Shown: positions 19,981-22,158 of the stretch, piece after piece | Layout: every line of letters starts with the position of its first letter | Numbering within the stretch: the first letter of the stretch is position 1 | Source of the DNA: a candidate division WOR-3 bacterium | GTDB lineage: Bacteria > Hydrothermota > Hydrothermia > LBFQ01 > DSFT01 | Direction of reading: 5' to 3' | DNA length: 22,158 nt | NCBI GenBank assembly: GCA_965649115.1 | Contig: CBFGJN010000029.1 | Coordinates: 1-22,158, forward strand | The notes under the pieces: generated by a model | Databases searched by the model: none | Seen by the model: only the letters and a program-made list of their open reading frames with translations | What the model was told of the DNA's origin: nothing | Made by a program: the position numbers and the translations under genes

Positions 19981-21405
19981 TCACCCCCTTTCAACCTTCT
20001 CTAAGCATTGTCTTATTTTGTTATCCTTCTGAATTTCCCCATATATATTTTTAATCAAATTCTCATAGGTGTCTAATATGGTTTCGCTTTTGCTATAAGC
20101 ATTACTTAAATAATGTTCAAACCTCTTTCCAAGCACTTTTTTAATCTCTTCAAGAGCTTTCTTTTGATAATCATCCATTTGACCTTTATATTTCCTCCTA
20201 CTTTTTGAAAGAAGAGAATATCTTACCGAAAAGTAATATTTAATATAACTTTGGGCAAAAGTTAAAACATTTGGCTCATATTTTTCAAATTCCTTAAATA
20301 ATTTTCCTAAAAGTTTCTTATTCTTGTTCTTATCTTCTTCAATAAAATGAGAAATTATTACAGAAGCAAGTAATCCTGAATCAAGTCTTAAAATTAAATC
20401 TCTAATTTCTTTTTTATCATCTTCATATAAGTTATAGATGTAGTGCTGATTATCTTCAATAAGTCCAATAAGATATAAACTCTTTTCTTCTATCTTTTCA
20501 TCAAATCCATCAACCAAATGTTTAGCAAAAATAATAGTTAAAGCTTCTATAAAATGAGCTGGATTTTCTTGACTAGAACCACCTAAGGAATATTCTATTT
20601 CATCACTATCCATTTGAAAAATATCTGGTAGTCCAATAGCACAAGCATAATCTGCTCCCTCAAAACCCTCAAAATTTTTCTTATTTAGATAAGCATGATA
20701 ATCAAAAGCAAGGACGGATTTGAAAGGAAATGATGAGCCCGTAGGAGATATTTTATCCTCCAATCCTTCCCTAACTTTAAAATAAGGTAAAACCATTATG
20801 TTCATTATTTTAATTTCCTTACCTTGTTCTTTCCTTTTAATTATTCCTGGCAGTATAGGTAATATGGAAGCTCCTGTTCCACCAAAAACTGAACCACATA
20901 TACAAATACGAGAATTATTATTTATATTACCAAAAATTGATTGATAATTGTTTTCTATTTCCTTTCCTACACTTAACGTTCCAATTGCTGGCAAACCCCT
21001 AAAACCTTCCTTCAAATCAAAATTTAATTGCTCATTTGTATATAAAAAGTTTATTAATTTTTCATATTTTTTTCTTTCATTAGATATTATATCTCTAAAA
21101 GTTCCTTCCGATAATGGAACAAAGGGTGATTTTCTAGGGTAAATATCTTCAAATTTTGTAACGAAGAAAGCAAATCTTTCCTTATTAGTTATATTTACTT
21201 TTTCCCTAAGTTCATTATATAATTTAATAGTTTCTTGTGCTCTAATTAAATTTCCATTTTCACGATCTTGATCTATTAGCAAAAATTTAACTTCTCTTTC
21301 TCTTCTAAAATAACCTATAAAAGAAAGCCAAACTAAACTTTCTATAACACGGGCACCTGTTCCCCCAACGCCTATATATAAAAAGTCAAAATTTTGCTCC
21401 TGCAT
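19981..21405 (-). CDS. Divergent tubulin/FtsZ-superfamily GTPase (Tubulin_2 / FtsZ-like)
   Basis: IGVGGTGARVIE (T1-like), LLIDQD, GFRGLPAIG (T3-like), GSVFGGTGAS (tubulin signature variant) and VLPYF. SD AAGGAG. Confidence 0.88.
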   Translation of the reverse strand: MQEQNFDFLYIGVGGTGARVIESLVWLSFIGYFRREREVKFLLIDQDRENGNLIRAQETIKLYNELREKVNITNKERFAFFVTKFEDIYPRKSPFVPLSEGTFRDIISNERKKYEKLINFLYTNEQLNFDLKEGFRGLPAIGTLSVGKEIENNYQSIFGNINNNSRICICGSVFGGTGASILPILPGIIKRKEQGKEIKIMNIMVLPYFKVREGLEDKISPTGSSFPFKSVLAFDYHAYLNKKNFEGFEGADYACAIGLPDIFQMDSDEIEYSLGGSSQENPAHFIEALTIIFAKHLVDGFDEKIEEKSLYLIGLIEDNQHYIYNLYEDDKKEIRDLILRLDSGLLASVIISHFIEEDKNKNKKLLGKLFKEFEKYEPNVLTFAQSYIKYYFSVRYSLLSKSRRKYKGQMDDYQKKALEEIKKVLGKRFEHYLSNAYSKSETILDTYENLIKNIYGEIQKDNKIRQCLEKVERG

Positions 21406-21420
21406 AACATTTACTCCTTT

Positions 21421-21870
21421 TTAAAAAGGCCAACTTAAAAATTCAAATATTTTGTATCTATATATCCCTATATCTTTCTTAAAAACACTAACTAGTAAAA
21501 TTCCAGCAAGATAACCAAGAATACCTAAAAATGTAAATAAAAATGAAAGCAAACCCTCACCACTTTCTATATAATCTGACTTGTATGAAAATTTAAAAAC
21601 AAAATTTTCAAGAAATAATAATAAACTAATTATAATAAGGGAGAGAATAAAAGAGTTCTTATAACTCCAATATAATTTATATCTCAAAAACCAAAAAACC
21701 CCAACTGAAAAAGCAATAATAAAAAGATTTATGAAAAAGATCCATTTTGAATAAGGCAACCAGTCAGATTGAACAATATCAGGTTTTAAAACAAGAAAAC
21801 CTTGGGTTAAAAGGAAAGTTGGTAAAAACCAGGCAGCAAATAGACCTATAAGCCCAATAATGATAAACAT
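21421..21870 (-). CDS. Small four-TM membrane protein of unknown function
   Basis: Four hydrophobic segments in 149 aa. SD AGGAGG 7 nt upstream of the ATG. Confidence 0.78.
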   Translation of the reverse strand: MFIIIGLIGLFAAWFLPTFLLTQGFLVLKPDIVQSDWLPYSKWIFFINLFIIAFSVGVFWFLRYKLYWSYKNSFILSLIIISLLLFLENFVFKFSYKSDYIESGEGLLSFLFTFLGILGYLAGILLVSVFKKDIGIYRYKIFEFLSWPF

Positions 21871-21873
21871 AAA

Positions 21874-22061
21874 CTACCCTCCTATTAGATATATGTTAAA
21901 TCTTCCTATCTCGTTATCATATACTTTTATAACTGAATTTATAAACTTGTATAAGTTGTAGGTTTTGGAACCTTCAAACTCCTTTGGATTTTTTAACCAT
22001 AAGTTTATCTTAGTTATATCCATATCTTTTTCTTTTACCCAATTAGGAATTTGATTAGAAT
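21874..22061 (-). pseudogene. 3' end of a gene interrupted by the MITE-like element
   Basis: The first 13 codons of the listed 75-aa ORF lie inside the repeat. The remainder (…IPNWVKE…SKTYNLYKFINSVIKVY…LIGG*) is protein-like and ends with the SD of the next gene, as other genes of this operon do. Confidence 0.6.
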
Positions 22062-22158
22062 TGCTTTGTCCAATAATTATTGTTAAGCGATTGATAATCA
22101 ATAATTTATAAAATTTTTAAGGAAATTGTTGATTTATTGGGGGGATTATTAGGGGGGC
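22062..22158 (+). mobile_element. MITE-like element, left part, running off the window
   Basis: TGCTTTGTCCAATAATTAT...TTGATAATCAATAATTTATAAAATTTTTAAGGAAATTGTTGATTTATTGGGGGGATTATTAGGGGGGC is collinear with 11188..11283. Confidence 0.88.

Noticed and set aside
12083..21142. Short plus-strand ORFs at 12083, 15049, 16573, 17147 and 20948
   Set aside because: All are antisense shadows within well-supported minus-strand genes.
17027..21405. Canonical ftsZ/ftsA, mreB or dnaK
   Set aside because: Sizes and motifs differ: no GGGTGTG or NxDFAD loop, and the ATPase has a ~500-aa N-terminal extension with no DnaK substrate-binding domain.
12646..22158. Composite transposon carrying the operon
   Set aside because: No transposase or target duplication is visible, the two copies are quite diverged, and the right copy interrupts an operon gene, which points to later insertion.

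Overview
AT-rich bacterial window in two parts. The left half (1-12.6 kb) is mostly housekeeping: a truncated DNA methyltransferase, radC-pnp-rpsO (minus strand), glyS, a frameshifted membrane glycosyltransferase-like gene, a stand-alone divergent EF-G paralogue, a VOC/mce-like gene, a BatA/vWA protein, a small unlisted coiled-coil+TM ORF and alr. The right half (12.9-22.1 kb, minus strand) is a tightly coupled accessory operon: interrupted gene remnant, 4-TM protein, divergent tubulin/FtsZ-like GTPase, 985-aa actin/Hsp70-fold ATPase, membrane-anchored coiled-coil protein, ZorA/MotA-like protein with a long tail, ZorB/MotB-OmpA protein and a matrixin-type zinc metalloprotease. This operon is the main candidate for an uncharacterised system: a Zorya-like ion-channel pair with tubulin-like, actin-like and protease partners and no recognisable ZorC/D/E in the window. 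At least seven complete or partial copies of a non-coding MITE-like element (about 175-195 bp when both ends are present) are scattered through the window. They have IS903-like ends and conserved internal hairpins, and two of them cut genes. All protein calls come from motifs read by eye; no database searches were run.
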